Origin: Octopus bimaculoides
Taxonomy: Eukaryota
Direction: 5' to 3'
DNA length: 64,000 nt
NCBI RefSeq assembly: GCF_001194135.2
Contig: NC_068990.1
Span: forward strand, 3,173,704-3,237,703
The notes beneath the pieces were generated by a model, which had not been told where the DNA came from, ran no database searches, and was given only the letters and a program-made list of their open reading frames with translations. Shown here piece by piece: positions 1 through 12,965 of the stretch. Made by a program: the position numbers and the translations under genes. Numbering within the stretch: position 1 is the first letter of the stretch; every line of letters begins with the position of its first letter.

Positions 1-164
1 GATGTACATGAGATAATAATGGCTTAAATGTGCTTAATTAGGGGTATGCTTAATCAGCGCTCACACTAACAACAGCCAATTATAGTGCGATACTTTATCA
101 CACGACGCTCTGGAAATATGAAACAAAATTACTCCAGAGTCCATTATCATCAGCAAATATATTC

Positions 165-385
165 ATGGCTGAAATACATTTGATAAGTCCGTTTCATCAG
201 AACTGACTGAGGGAAAATCAACAACTAACTTACAAATTAGTTCTGAGATCTGTTAGAAATAGCAGTTAAATCTCACTCTGACCATCTCCTCATGTCTTGA
301 AAAAGGAAAGACACCGCTGTCGGATAATGTTGACCTTTATATACAAAACACATAATGGTTTTGAATAGACAGATTTAACCAACAA
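165..385 (+). mobile_element. Degenerate short interspersed repeat, family D (copy 1)
   Basis: Shares blocks (gcagttaaatct, ttgaaaaa..agacac, tttgata/tttgatcat, aacaac tail) with 30130-30310 and 32290-32480. Confidence 0.4.
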
Positions 386-439
386 CAAACTTTTAAACGT
401 GTGCAGCTACAGCGATACTTTTGTTCCCTCTTATTGGTT

Positions 440-595
440 CACTGTCACAGTTGTGAAAGTGTGAATGTAATCAGTTTAATCAACTCCGCTACTGGGGCTG
501 ATTAAATCATTTCATCGACCCTCGAGTGTTGAATAACAAATTTCGCTTTGGATGATTTCGTGCTCGGAAGGCATAAAGACGAAACGAGACGTTTG
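440..595 (-). mobile_element. tRNA-derived SINE family A, highly degenerate
   Basis: Decayed match to the family A core (aatcagtttaatcaactccg..ctgggg..tttcatcgaccctcga..aaagacgaaa). Confidence 0.45.
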
Positions 596-613
596 TATAT
601 GAGAACTACTATC

Positions 614-750
<137 letters not shown>

Positions 751-2429
751 GGTACGGAAAGAATTGATTTCATTCCTAAATGAAGCACAGTATCGAATAT
801 ATCGAAGGAATGAGTAGTAAAGTCGGCTGAATGGATACAATGTCATTGCAATAATACTGATTTTGTCGAACTTAGGAAGATTCTATGGCTGAACATACAA
901 TAGCGTAACTCGATACTGCAATTAATTTCATCCGCGTTTTATCGCTTTTGCACCTCAATTAGAATACTCGATGGGAAAAACTATTCAAAGAGCATGTTTT
1001 GTATAATCTCCATCGTGTCGGTGAATACTGAGTCACTTATTTGATTATGCGATATTTCTGGCAAAAACATACCAATAATTTTCCTTCTGTTATTTCAATT
1101 TTTTTACTCATTCATTTATTTATATATTTATTTATTTATTTCGCCATCAGTTACATTGTATCGATGCGCATCACTTTTGGTAACAAATCATAAGAGGCTG
1201 AAAGAGATCAACGATTACAATAAGGCCAGTGGACATCATTTCAGATCACTAGCACTGTTAATTGTAATAGGGAAAGAATAACATAAGAAAAATATATCTC
1301 CAGGAAAAAGTGGGGTGGGAAATACGCTTTGAATCTTCTCAACCTAAAATAGAAAGGCATTTGTAAAAGCAGGTAAAAATAATCTGTAAGAAATGATAAC
1401 AGAAAAATAATTCTGTGAAAAGGGAAGGTTTGAGAAAAGAAATACTAATCATTTTAATTTAAAGAATGAAGAGATTTTAATGAAATGTTTCACAAGAAAA
1501 ATAAAAAAGGCAGAACAAACACACAAAGCGCACGCTTACACACACAGATTAGAAACTGGAAGTCAATCGCTATTCGATGATTAAGTATCCTTCGAAACTT
1601 TGACAACACGACGCTTCCAAACCCTTTTTACCAACAATTCAGAGATTACGTAAGTTCCATTATTTGTCACATAAAATAAATTACGTTTGGCATTGAATTT
1701 GATATTGATTTTTTTTCCGCTTTTCTTTTTTTTTTTTTTTTTTTTTTTTTGGTAGCAGAGGTAACAGATTTATTAGTTGAGGAGTTTCGATAATTGAATA
1801 GATCGCAATATACGGATAGCAATTATGGTGTCATTCTCGTGAGTAATGAAGGTCAAAGAAAACTCTGGCGTTCTTTGAATTCGCTACGACGTGTTCGTCG
1901 TGGTGGAGATAAGAAAGTAAATAAATACTAAGAGCAAGGTCAATTTCTATTGTGCCATATTCCAGCGCGAAAGCCTCCAGCACTATTATTTCTTTTCAAA
2001 TATTGTCAACGAAAGAATACAAAGTAAAGTGAAAATTACTTCAAAAGTGATCTACCAACATGAGAACGAAACGGCATGCTGTAATACAGTTGAAAAACTG
2101 CGAAACACATACTTGAGCTGAATCACAATCTGATGATTGAAGAAATACTCGACTACGATAAGAAATAACAACATAAAACCTTATTTTGTTTATATATTTA
2201 GTTTAGAAGATTCTTTCTGTGAAATCGTGTGTTGAAAGAAATTTTGTGGTGTCTTGGGAGAGTTTGCGTAAGTCATTATGCCAATATTAATAACGCACGC
2301 ACAGATTAGGTAGTATAATAAGTGAAGATGCTAGTGAAACCCATCCTAGTTAGCGCGGAATACATTGTACAGAGCTGCAACATAGTATAAGGTTGATAAA
2401 TAGCAAGAGGTGAAGTCTGTAAAAACCAT

Positions 2430-2800
2430 GGGGGCTTAGCGAGTAGGTCTACGAAGGCTCTGATGGACAACAAACTCAGCATTAAGATCGTTCAGAAAAC
2501 AGAGAGATCCCTCAGAGCACAATTATATAAGACGTACCCCTTGGCAATACCACATGTACCTTTAACCCCAGTATTAATTGTAAGTTCAGGTAAGTAGACT
2601 CCAGCATAAAGTATATGAAGGGGTATTGCAAGGACAGGAATACAGTACACATTGGGGAGACCTCTAGGAGTTTAGCAGAGAGGCTAAATAAAAAACAAAC
2701 TGGTGGGTGTACGACAGAAAACAGTCGTCCATACTCTGTCAGCATGCCAGAGGTGAGCATAGCGGCACATTACGCCGAATCGGCATCCGTATTTTATACT
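2430..2800 (+). mobile_element. Penelope-like element remnant (linker plus GIY-YIG endonuclease)
   Basis: Translation YMKGYCKDRNTVHIGETSRSLAERL matches the GIY-YIG YIGET.R.L.ER motif. An upstream frame reads GGLASRSTKALMDNKLSIKIVQKTERSLRAQL. Frameshifted and stop-containing. Confidence 0.65.
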
Positions 2801-3099
2801 GAACAGGAAATATACGTAGCAAGTAGTAGTACTTCTTGGCCACTATTGCCGCCCACACATAATCATACATAGGCGCCTCCGTGTGGAGAGACAGGTAGGT
2901 AGGTAGGTAGGTATGTATGTAAGTACGTATGAATGTATGTATGAATGGACACGCGTAGAGGGTAGAGAATAGGATTAAATGACAGTAGAATGCAGGTAGG
3001 CTCATAAAATTATACACGTAAATTAGTACACATCCATTTTGTAAAATCAATACAAATATACGCGTAATTTTGTTTCGTATCCATACAGATCCATGAACA

Positions 3100-4009
3100 C
3101 CTATAGACGCACATGCACACTCACACACACACACTCATACGCACATACACCACACATACATACATATGCAGACAGGCATACGTAAGAATACGCACGCACA
3201 CATCACGCAAACACACGCAACCACACACAGACAGATGCAGGCGTACGCACATAGACACATATACACGCAGAAGCACACGCGCAAACATGTACACACACGG
3301 ACGTAGAAACGCACACACACATACACACAGATGATTGCATATTAAAAAAGTACACCTCCAGATACACACGAATTGGAATACACTCAAATACGAAACCACT
3401 TATACGTTCATGCACACAAACATACATACGCAAAAATCAGACACGCACTACAACGCACGCACGCAAGCATACACACACCAATTAAAAAGAAAGAAAAAGC
3501 CAGGAACGCATGCATGCTAAGATACACACAAATAAGAAAACACTCGGGGGTTCACACACACACACATTCACACACAAACACACACACACACACACACACA
3601 CACATACGAACATGCCGAACTGATTCAAACTCAGGAACTCATGCACACATACACACGCACGCAAATACTCACAAACACACGCGCTCACAAGCACACACAC
3701 ACACACACACACACTGTGTTCTCTCCTCCAGTTCCCTTCCCTCTCTCCACATTAAAGGACTGCACTCTTAACCCATAAATCTTCAGTAGACACGAGAATG
3801 GCTGAAATCGAAAAAGACAAAGGACTGACCCCTTAAAGGGGTCACGGATTGCTAGTGACACACACCTACAAAGACAAACAAACAAGTAGTCACACGGATG
3901 TACACACAACGACACATACATGAGCGCGTATGCGCACGTACACACGCGCACGCATACACACAAAACGCTTCTTTCACTCCCACCCTTACCTTCTCTTCTA
4001 AACAAATAG

Positions 4010-4046
<37 letters not shown>

Positions 4047-4110
4047 TGCACACACACATACACACACACGCACACACAAACACACACATACAAACATCCA
4101 TACACAAAGA
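3100..4110. repeat. Long degenerate (CA)/(CACG)-rich compound microsatellite
   Basis: Directly visible; source of the HTHT/VCVC ORFs. Confidence 0.9.
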
Positions 4111-4944
4111 CAGAAAGCCAATTCTTAGACGTCTCAAAAGAGACGAAAGCAGTCCTTGCAGCCAGCAGAAAATCACGGGTCATTGAAAAGGTTGCAAACA
4201 GTAACGAAAGAACTTTGACGAACAAAGAACCGATTGTTTGCTTAACCAACACGTAAACCAAACGATCGATTAGTTTGTTGGTTAGATATTTAACAATATT
4301 TAAATAATAAAAATGAAGTGGGATTGAACCGGTGCGTATGTTATCATTATTGGCGTAATGACGTAAAACCTATGACGTTAACAAATACATTCTACATTCC
4401 CAAAACGAACAGAGGATGTTTCACCCATACCCGTGAGGATGGCGTCATCATAATGTGGTATTTATAACATCGTGCTGTTTATGCTATCACATTTTGCTTT
4501 CATCCGTCTCCCTTTTCTTGCGGTTTCCGGTCATTTGTCCCATTTTCTGCCCTCAAGATGTTGAATTGACAATGCGGCTTATAGCTTATCACCGGTCCTA
4601 TTCTGGTGCTCATGACCTCAACAGATATTGCTTTGGATGTACCTGTAGCTGTTCTTGGTGGAGTTCTGAAAACCTTCAGCAGAGGTTTTAGACAATCGGA
4701 TTAAAAGACGAGCGGTATTTGTTTTCGACCCCCTGTGCTCTGAGTTGAAATATCAAGTTGTCCGTAAAGTTCTCAGCAGTTTTCAGATTTGTGTCTTTGA
4801 GCCCTTCATGCAACAATTCTAATCTTAGTATAATTCATACTTCAGAATTGCTTGCAATATTGAAGCCTGTCACCTAAGTTCCACGTTAAAATTCAGCATA
4901 TATTTTACTCCTTTCAGCCTTAATTACCATTTGAATAAAACTGC

Positions 4945-5590
4945 ATTGGCCAGTATTCCATCTGTCATATACTTCTGAAACACAATGAAAATAAATCTTT
5001 CCTGGAGCAACAGGTAACTGAAGCAACCTGTAACTGAAGCAACCTGTAGCTGAAGCAACCTGTAACTGAAGCAACCTGTAACTGAAGTAACCTGTAACTG
5101 AAGCAACCTGTAACTGGAGATGTCTACGATAATATATGGAGAAAAATATCTGGAGTTTGGGTGAGGATCCTCCAAAACAGCTTCCAATGCTGAATATCCA
5201 GATCTTCCAAAGTAGCTTCCAAAGCAGAATATTCATTCAAAAACAGTTATGCTTTGAGTGTCGTGGGATTTCAAAGACCTTATTTACTATGAGCTATTCC
5301 CACAAAATTCTGATGTGTACTTCCATCAGCAAATTTCGATTTAAAAAAATCAAGGAATTGAGGCCAGCGCTCTCCAACAGGAAAGGGGTACTGTTTCATC
5401 AGGACACTTCTCGACCACATGTGTCTTTGGTTACCCGCAAGAATTACATACACTTATGTAGAATCTTTTGCCCCATCCACCATACCTCATGACACTGCGC
5501 CATCTGGCAGGCGTTTGTTCTTGTTTCTGCAGAACACTCTAAAAGGAAAATCATTTAAGGATTTAGATCTGAAAACCAATTTAGCTTCTT
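4945..5590 (+). mobile_element. mariner (DD34D-type) transposase remnant, catalytic half
   Basis: Pieces read SICHILLKHNENKSFLEQ..VTGD..YDN..WSLGEDPP..KTVML*VSWDFKDLIYYELFP..RPALSNRKGVLFHQDTSRPHVS..HPPY..APS..LFLFLQN, in canonical mariner motif order; frameshifted. Confidence 0.9.
5002..5113 (+). repeat. 16-bp minisatellite, 7 units (CTGAAGCAACCTGTAA)
   Basis: Seven consecutive 16-nt units, counted by eye. Confidence 0.95.
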
Positions 5591-5669
5591 TGCATTGAAG
5601 TATTTATATGTCTCTAAGTTTTTATATGTCTGGGTTTGGTGTTATTTTCTTATTTCGTTTTCTTTATCT

Positions 5670-5960
5670 AGCGTGATATTGATACTCTTAACTTGTTTTC
5701 CTACAACTTATAATGCTTTAACTGCACTAATATTGCAGAGAATGGTCAAACAGCTGAAGGAAAACAACTTGTTTAAAAAAAGTAAAAGAGATACTACAAA
5801 AACACATATGGCTGTAACGACCAGTTATTAATCAATCAAGCCATAACTGAATGCAGCCGGAAGAAAAAGAAGGGTCTAAGCATGGCTTGGATCGAACATC
5901 GAGAGGATTTTGACACTATTCCCCACGCATGGATCTTGGAAACACTAGCCGTTAACAGCG
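5670..5960 (+). mobile_element. R4/Dong-like non-LTR retrotransposon RT fragment
   Basis: PTTYNALTALI..KENNLF..TYGCNDQLLINQAITECSRKKKKGLSMAWIEHREDFDTIPHAWILETL corresponds to the early RT motifs (AWIDY.KAFDS.PH.W). Confidence 0.85.
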
Positions 5961-6029
5961 AAGATAAAGTTCCTCCTAGATTCGACGTCACAGGCTTTGG
6001 CGACGGTGTTGCCTTAGAGGGCGGTGACA

Positions 6030-6230
6030 CCCCTCTCAATGTTAAACGCAACGGTGGTGTTTTCGTATGGGACCACTGTAGAGATCTTGCTGCAGATAGA
6101 AGCAGATTAATTAGAAAGGATCCCAGATAATCTCCAGTTGAGTGGAGCTGCTCTTGCAGTTGGAGGCAGAAGACCAATATACCATTTGTGTGGTGCAAGG
6201 CATTAAACATCATTCGTTGATGATACTACA
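6030..6230 (+). mobile_element. Possible LINE ORF1 zinc-knuckle remnant
   Basis: Frame reads ERIPDNLQLSGAALAVGGRRPIYHLCGARH, resembling the V.GRRP.C..CG..GH gag knuckle of APE-type LINE ORF1; contains stops. Confidence 0.4.
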
Positions 6231-7634
6231 AAGTAGGAAGTGAAGTGATGCACCACATGAGGAAGCTCAGCAAAGCAGGAGATTAGCAAATTACACTGCA
6301 AATAAAAAGCCAGAACGCAACAAGAAGTCACTACAGTAGCTTCCTCCAGAAAAGTCGCAAATCAAGAAGAATAGCTAATGCAATAAATACCAGCAATAAA
6401 TAAGGGAATGGCGGAGATTCAGATGACATATATTCACTGCGTTCTTTTCAAATGTTACTTTGTTTCCATCTTGTCAAAAGAAATCGATATTATACTTTAC
6501 TTCTTTCAGTAAATATGTAGCATATTATCAGTGTATATATTTTTAAAAGGTCAACATATTGAAAGGCGATTGATACATTGCTGCAGATTTCAGGTTTTGC
6601 TTAATTGTGCTTTAGTGAAAATATTCTAGTAATAAATCATTGTAGTCATTGATTATCTTCACTTGCTTTTCTTTCCTTTCAGAGATGAGCCATAAAATAT
6701 TGAAACATAATCTTATATAAATACGATGCATGCTTATGTTCATTCATGCACCATCTAATTAGTATATTTTAGTGTAACCGCGAAATTGGTCCCATTACAC
6801 AGTGAAAAATGTTAAACGACTTTAATACTCAATAACGGTAATAAAACTGCCCCAACAATCTGTATATAATACCTCTTCAGACTTTTTTATTATCATAAAT
6901 CATTGATAAAACTCTATACTATACATTAAAATCGTCCCTGTTTATAGCTACTAAATAATAAAACTGAAGGAAAACGGAGGATCGAAAACATTTACCGAAT
7001 TGATATGTTTTCCAAACCGTGGATGGTTTGAAGGAGATCATCAAATCCTGCGTTTAGTTCAAAAGGTATGGAATAATTCACATGTTCTGGGAAAGGAAGG
7101 ACTCAAAAGATTGGCTCCAGCGAGGAAAAATATTTTTGTTTTTTGAAATATTTATTATTTCTTTTTCATTTAGCTGGTTTTACTTTACATCACATACAGA
7201 CATGCACACACACAAAAACACATATATACATACATGTGTGTGCGCTTGTGTGTATAAGTGTATGTGTGTGTGGTATGTCTCTAGATAGTATTATGGGGAA
7301 AACGAATAAATAAAGAAGTATAAATCACAAGACATCAGTAATGTACATAATTCTTCATCTCTTAAATATAGAACTGTATGACCAGCATATATCACAACCA
7401 TTAGGATCATCCGTTAGTAAAACTTTCTCCCTATATGTTGTATAAATGAATATGTCATAATCTGGTCCGTTGCCAATTGTTTGGCTATCTTTTTCTTCTA
7501 TTAAACATGTACTTAGACCCCTTTGTACGAAAGCTAGCAAATGTATACGGCAACAAAGACAAAAAAAAAACAAACAAAAAAACGGAGAACATGGTACAGA
7601 ATACAAAGAACAGGCATCTTTATATATATGTGTG

Positions 7635-7692
<58 letters not shown>

Positions 7693-8811
7693 NNNNNNNN
7701 NNNNNNNNNNNNNNNNNNNNNNNNNNNNNNNNNNNNNNNNNNNNNNNNNNNNNNNNNNNNNNNNNNNNNNNNNNNNNNNNNNNNNNNNNNNNNNNNNNNN
7801 NNNNNNNNNNNNNNNNNNNNNNNNNNNNNNNNNNNNNNNNNNNNNNNNNNNNNNNNNNNNNNNNNNNNNNNNNNNNNNNNNNNNNNNNNNNNNNNNNNNN
7901 NNNNNNNNNNNNNNNNNNNNNNNNNNNNNNNNNNNNNNNNNNNNNNNNNNNNNNNNNNNNNNNNNNNNNNNNNNNNNNNNNNNNNNNNNNNNNNNNNNNN
8001 NNNNNNNNNNNNNNNNNNNNNNNNNNNNNNNNNNNNNNNNNNNNNNNNNNNNNNNNNNNNNNNNNNNNNNNNNNNNNNNNNNNNNNNNNNNNNNNNNNNN
8101 NNNNNNNNNNNNNNNNNNNNNNNNNNNNNNNNNNNNNNNNNNNNNNNNNNNNNNNNNNNNNNNNNNNNNNNNNNNNNNNNNNNNNNNNNNNNATATATAT
8201 ATATATATACATACATGTAGATATAGGGTAATTACCTTTTACATTACCGAAATCCATTTTATTCACCTCATCACCCCCCAAGGTGACAATGTGTGACGAT
8301 GATAACTTTGGTAATATTTCCTTATGAAGTAGTAATCGTCAAAAGCGCGAATAGATAACGTAATAAAGATAGTACGTTCCTCTATTCTGTTCTGCCAACG
8401 TGCCGCCACTTACATGGAATAACTTATTGATTCTATACATTAACTGATATGTTATGCCTTTGTAGTTAAATTTTAACTGAAGATACGTTTTAATAAATAT
8501 AACGTGACATCGCGTTTGTTCATTAACTTCTATTCATAGTTGCAGCTAAAATGGAATTATTCCTAAATTCATATTAAAAGTGAAGGTCGAGTCTTGACTA
8601 TGTTTACTTCTAAGATGTATAATGTTATCCGTTTACAATACAGATAGAGCAGCAAAGTATATGATGATTTTGATATACGCTTTTCTTTTTCTTTTTCTGA
8701 AACAAACATATGAATAAGAATATAAAAGCTTCGTCTTAACCCTTTTCCACATAACATTTAAATGTACAATCTCCACGACGAATTAAATTACGTTATCACG
8801 ACTAAGATTTA

Positions 8812-9020
8812 AGGTGGCGAGATGCTACAATTGTTTGAATAGCAGGAAATTACATTGTAACGCTTCTTCGTTATTCCCTGAGTTCAAATCCAGCCGAGGT
8901 CAACTTTGTCTTTTATCACTACGGTTCCATAAAAGAGACACGATTAATTAAATAGTTGATCTTTGATAACATCTAAACCTTACAGTCAAATCTGACGGTT
9001 TTGTGCTTTAGTTAAAATGA
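8812..9020 (+). mobile_element. SINE family A, degenerate
   Basis: aaggtggcgag head, B-box gagttcaaatcc, gaggtcaactttgtctttt core. Confidence 0.7.
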
Positions 9021-9916
9021 ATTATACGTAATCCTTAAGGCAGTGAATTGGCATAATGGCTAGAACGATGGCAAACGTTTCAAATACCCACGGCGTTAAT
9101 TTTGCTGGTAATCGCAAACTTCCACTGTGAAATGCCATGTGCCAAGAGTTTCAAATATGTTATCATTGATCATGTTTATATTTTATAATTCAGAGATTGA
9201 TAAAGTACTTTATTACCAGTAATATACTTCAGTGGATGCAATGGGCTTTATTAATTTACGTCTATATTTCAGAAATTCATTATTAAAAATAAGACTAGTC
9301 GAAAGTTGGTGGTGTTGGATAAACGTTAGGGTAACAAAATTAATATGAAACAGAATATAAATTAAATTTTCTGTGGTCAAACTTTGTATTTTTTCATTGT
9401 GACACGATAAAGTAATTTCAAAACATAGTGTCTCACATTGTATCGGCGTACCGTATAAATTGGTTGACTTTTCCAAATGAATAAAAACATCGTTATGGCG
9501 ACAAGGTTCCTAGGCAACGATTTTCAGGTACCACAATATTGAAATAGTTTCCCTATTAGTTTATTCACACAAAATATACTCCCCAACGTCATCATTGAAT
9601 ATCGACAAAATATTCTTTGCTACAGTTAGCTATATAGACTTGTGAGTGCCGGGGGAAAAAATAAATGTTAATCATAGATACTGCAAAATGTCATATACTC
9701 GCCTTCAAATATTATCAATTCAACTATCGATCTGACAGCTTCTTAACTGGGTAAGAGAGCACATATGAGCTCGTCACTTTATAAAGAGATCCCGTAGAGG
9801 GCCTGCACTGTGTAGGCTGGAATGATGCATGCCGTTGTAGGTCCGCTAATATACCTGAAAAGTTTCTAATAGAAATAAATTACTCAAATACAATTCTTTT
9901 TAAATATTGTGACATA

Positions 9917-9961
<45 letters not shown>

Positions 9962-10959
9962 NNNNNNNNNNNNNNNNNNNNNNNNNNNNNNNNNNNNNNN
10001 NNNNNNNNNNNNNNNNNNNNNNNATATATATATATATATATACAATGAATATATGGAACGCTGAAAAATATTTTAATAGATACAGTTATGGAGAACTGAA
10101 ATCTAAGACCGATATCCGATTTCAAAAAAATGAGCTTGAAAAAAACATTTTTCTTTATTAGTATGGGCTAGGTAGTAATGCGGCTATAGGTTCATACAGA
10201 ATATGTTCGTAGTTTGCTTTTATAAACAGCATATATTTATATTGCGTATAGTATCAACAAAGTTTATTTTACTTGGTTAAAATCCGTTATATTTATTCAT
10301 TTCAATTTTGAACTGAATTGCAACAAATTTAGCTGAGTGAATTCCAAAATATTCGTTTTTAAATTTTTTAAGTCACTCTTAGGAGAAACACTTTCATTTG
10401 CCAAGTTATGTAATCTTTTTCCAAGCTGTTTCTTTTTATATTTTATATATTTTTTTATTTTTTATAGAAGCAATTATTAGGACTGGTAATTCTGTGAACA
10501 TCGTCAATGGATAAGCTCCAGGCAACGCCTCTTTTCTTCATTTCCGATTCCATACACATTTTTCTTTTTCAGTTACGCCCTACTTGCATATTTTCCTTCT
10601 ATTCAAATATTCTTGTCTCAAATCCGTATTTATGGCTGTGGTTGTAATGCTGCTGCATTAGGTTTTTGAGAAACTATTTATTATTTCTAATGTCTAGCCT
10701 CTAGAAACATTTACCACTCAAATCTACACACGATAAGTTGAGGGAAATCGAATTAACTTCATAATTACGAAATGCGTTTTTTTTTATTTGTAAGAAAGGA
10801 AAGTATCTATTTTCATCCTTAGGGAAGGTCGCGCCTGTAACATTTTACAAGGCAGTCGAGGAGGTGGAATGTATCCTCCAACCTGTGACCCGGCCTGAGT
10901 GTTCGCTACAGTACAAACCCCGATAAATGCCACAAGGATGCCGGGTGGGCAGTTAAACC

Positions 10960-11095
10960 GAGTAAAGGATTGAAACTATCATCCAATTGGAAATAAAGTG
11001 AATTTTAGTTCAGTGGCATTTGAATTCAGTGATCAGAGTAAAAACAAGTAGAACGCAAAATGCTATCCGACCCATTAACAGCTTTGTCAGTTAAT
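10960..11095 (-). mobile_element. SINE family A, degenerate
   Basis: ggcatttgaattcag..gctatccgacccattaacagctttgtcag matches the reverse complement of the family A head. Confidence 0.45.
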
Positions 11096-12789
11096 GAAGG
11101 GCGTGGAGAAAAGCGCTACTGCCATGCTGGAACCCCAGTTCCTTTTAAGCTATCTGTTGACGATTTTAGTGCACAGTTTTGTGTATAGTGAAAACACAGC
11201 GAAGTTTGATACACTGAGCTGCAACATGAGTTTGTACACACGCTGTACTACATCATACGGAGTTAAATGTCATTACCACAAATTCAATGTTACTGAAAGT
11301 TAAATATCGTCCAAAATTTAGATCCCAGTTCTAACTTTTTATCGCAAATGTAATAATTTTCAACCGGTTGTAGACGCAAAGTAATCACGTTGATTGCTCG
11401 TCTGAATAATTTAATGGACGACAAAAACGCTTGATCATTAACTGAACTCCAGTGCACGTTTGCCATTGACTTCTTTGAAATATGACAATTTGCTCGGTAT
11501 ACATTGTTCAGTTATAAATATAGAAACGCCTCAGAAATTTACAAAAAGTACATTGTTTTCACATATAAGATGTGTGATTTTTCTTTTCGCCTACCGAGCG
11601 TAAGTAACAATTATACCATAAGAACCGGACCTATACAAGCAAAATCCAATATGAAGGCTCTTTGAAACGCTATGTTTCCTTTAGAGAATAGCAAGGGAAC
11701 ACTTGTATACACTATGATGCGGAGATGGTTTCCTTTGTAGTCGTTAAGCATTATTGTTTGACCTGTCAATGATTTTCATTAGAAATGAGTTATAGAGATT
11801 GTCATGGACAAAATAAAGCAACAAATTTGAAGAAAGCTTCGGAAAGATTTCAGTCACACTTCTTAATTGAACATGACGAGATGAAAAAAGTTTTATACTT
11901 AATGGAATATATGAAAGTGCAGAGACAGAGTAATGTAAAGAATTAGCTGTCTACAGTTACTTGAAAAGGAGTTGCCTAATTAGGTCAGACATTTCAATTC
12001 GATCACGAAATCTCGTAGAAGTGTTGAAAGTACTTTTAATGTTATTTATAAAATAATTCGTGTATTATTTCTTAGAAGAATGAAAGGGAATTTAAAAAGA
12101 TAATGGAAAATGTGGAGATATTGTTTACGAGTTATCGATAAATGTAATATTTACAAATATATCGGTTAATATACTTGCAATTATTGAAATGAAATCAGAA
12201 TTTGTAGTATGTCAGCTGGCATCTCATACACGCAACAGAAACATAAAACAAACTTAATTACAATGATTTTCACAAAATAGCACAAGGTAAGACATGGTTG
12301 TGATCTATTGACTCCACAAAAGTACATATTTTTGCTATTATTGGGTCAACAGAAAAAAAAAACAATGATAATTCTTCTGAAATTTTATTTCAGAAGTAAC
12401 TAGATTAGATGCGCGAGCCATGACAATCCAACAGACGACCAGTATCGTTAATCAAATGGCTCGAGCATTATACTAATAGTAACTATTATGGTTATTTTTA
12501 GTTAAACTAAATTCAATTTACTTAAGTCAAGTGCATAAGAGGGTTAGCAAGCTGCATTCTACTATGTCGTATTGTCCTCTAACTCTACTCCATTGTTTTT
12601 GTTACATTATGAAAATAAGCGTATCGAAAATAGCTGAAAACTATTTTGGAGTTTTGTGTGTGATGATGTAGCACACATTCTCAAGTTTCATGTGAAACTT
12701 TTCACAACCTTGCTTCGTGTTTTTATCAACAGTTTGTAACAACAGCAATAATTCAAATAGTTGAATCAAATATTTGGAACAAGGCCAAA

Positions 12790-12965
12790 CAAGAGTGGGT
12801 AATCGATTGCATCAACCGCAATATTGGACTGGTAACTTACCATATTGACCCCGACGGGATGAAAGGTAAAGCTGTTCTCAGGGGAATTTAAACTCACAAT
12901 ATGAAGATCCGGAAGAAATGCCGCTAGGCTTTTTGTCTGACGCTTTAACGATGATGCCAATCCGT
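12790..12965 (-). mobile_element. SINE family A, degenerate
   Basis: tattgaccccgacgggatgaaaggtaaag..gaaatgccgctagg..taacgatgatgcca. Confidence 0.75.

Noticed and set aside
2125-2160. ctgatga-ttgaa-gaaa hammerhead-like core
   Set aside because: Non-canonical stem II closing pair and no stem III or cleavage triplet.
4125-4150. Hairpin cgtctc-aaaa-gagacg followed by aaag
   Set aside because: No CUGANGA core; an isolated 6-bp stem is expected by chance.
4886-4975. Apparent minus-strand terminal exon EVYDRWNTGQCSFIQM.. (another frame gives KYMTDGIL, DEAH-like)
   Set aside because: It is the antisense of the mariner transposase segment SICHILLKHNENKSF; the DEAH-like word has no flanking helicase motifs.
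7355-7500. Minus frame EEKDSQTIGNGPDYDIFIYTTYREKVLLTDDPNG
   Set aside because: Weak acceptor, no good donor and no recognised motif.
12392-12474. Plus-strand acceptor followed by EVTRLDARAMTIQQTTSIVNQMARALY*
   Set aside because: The putative upstream exon ending at the GTAAGA donor (about 12287) has an in-frame stop and no acceptor; no other support.
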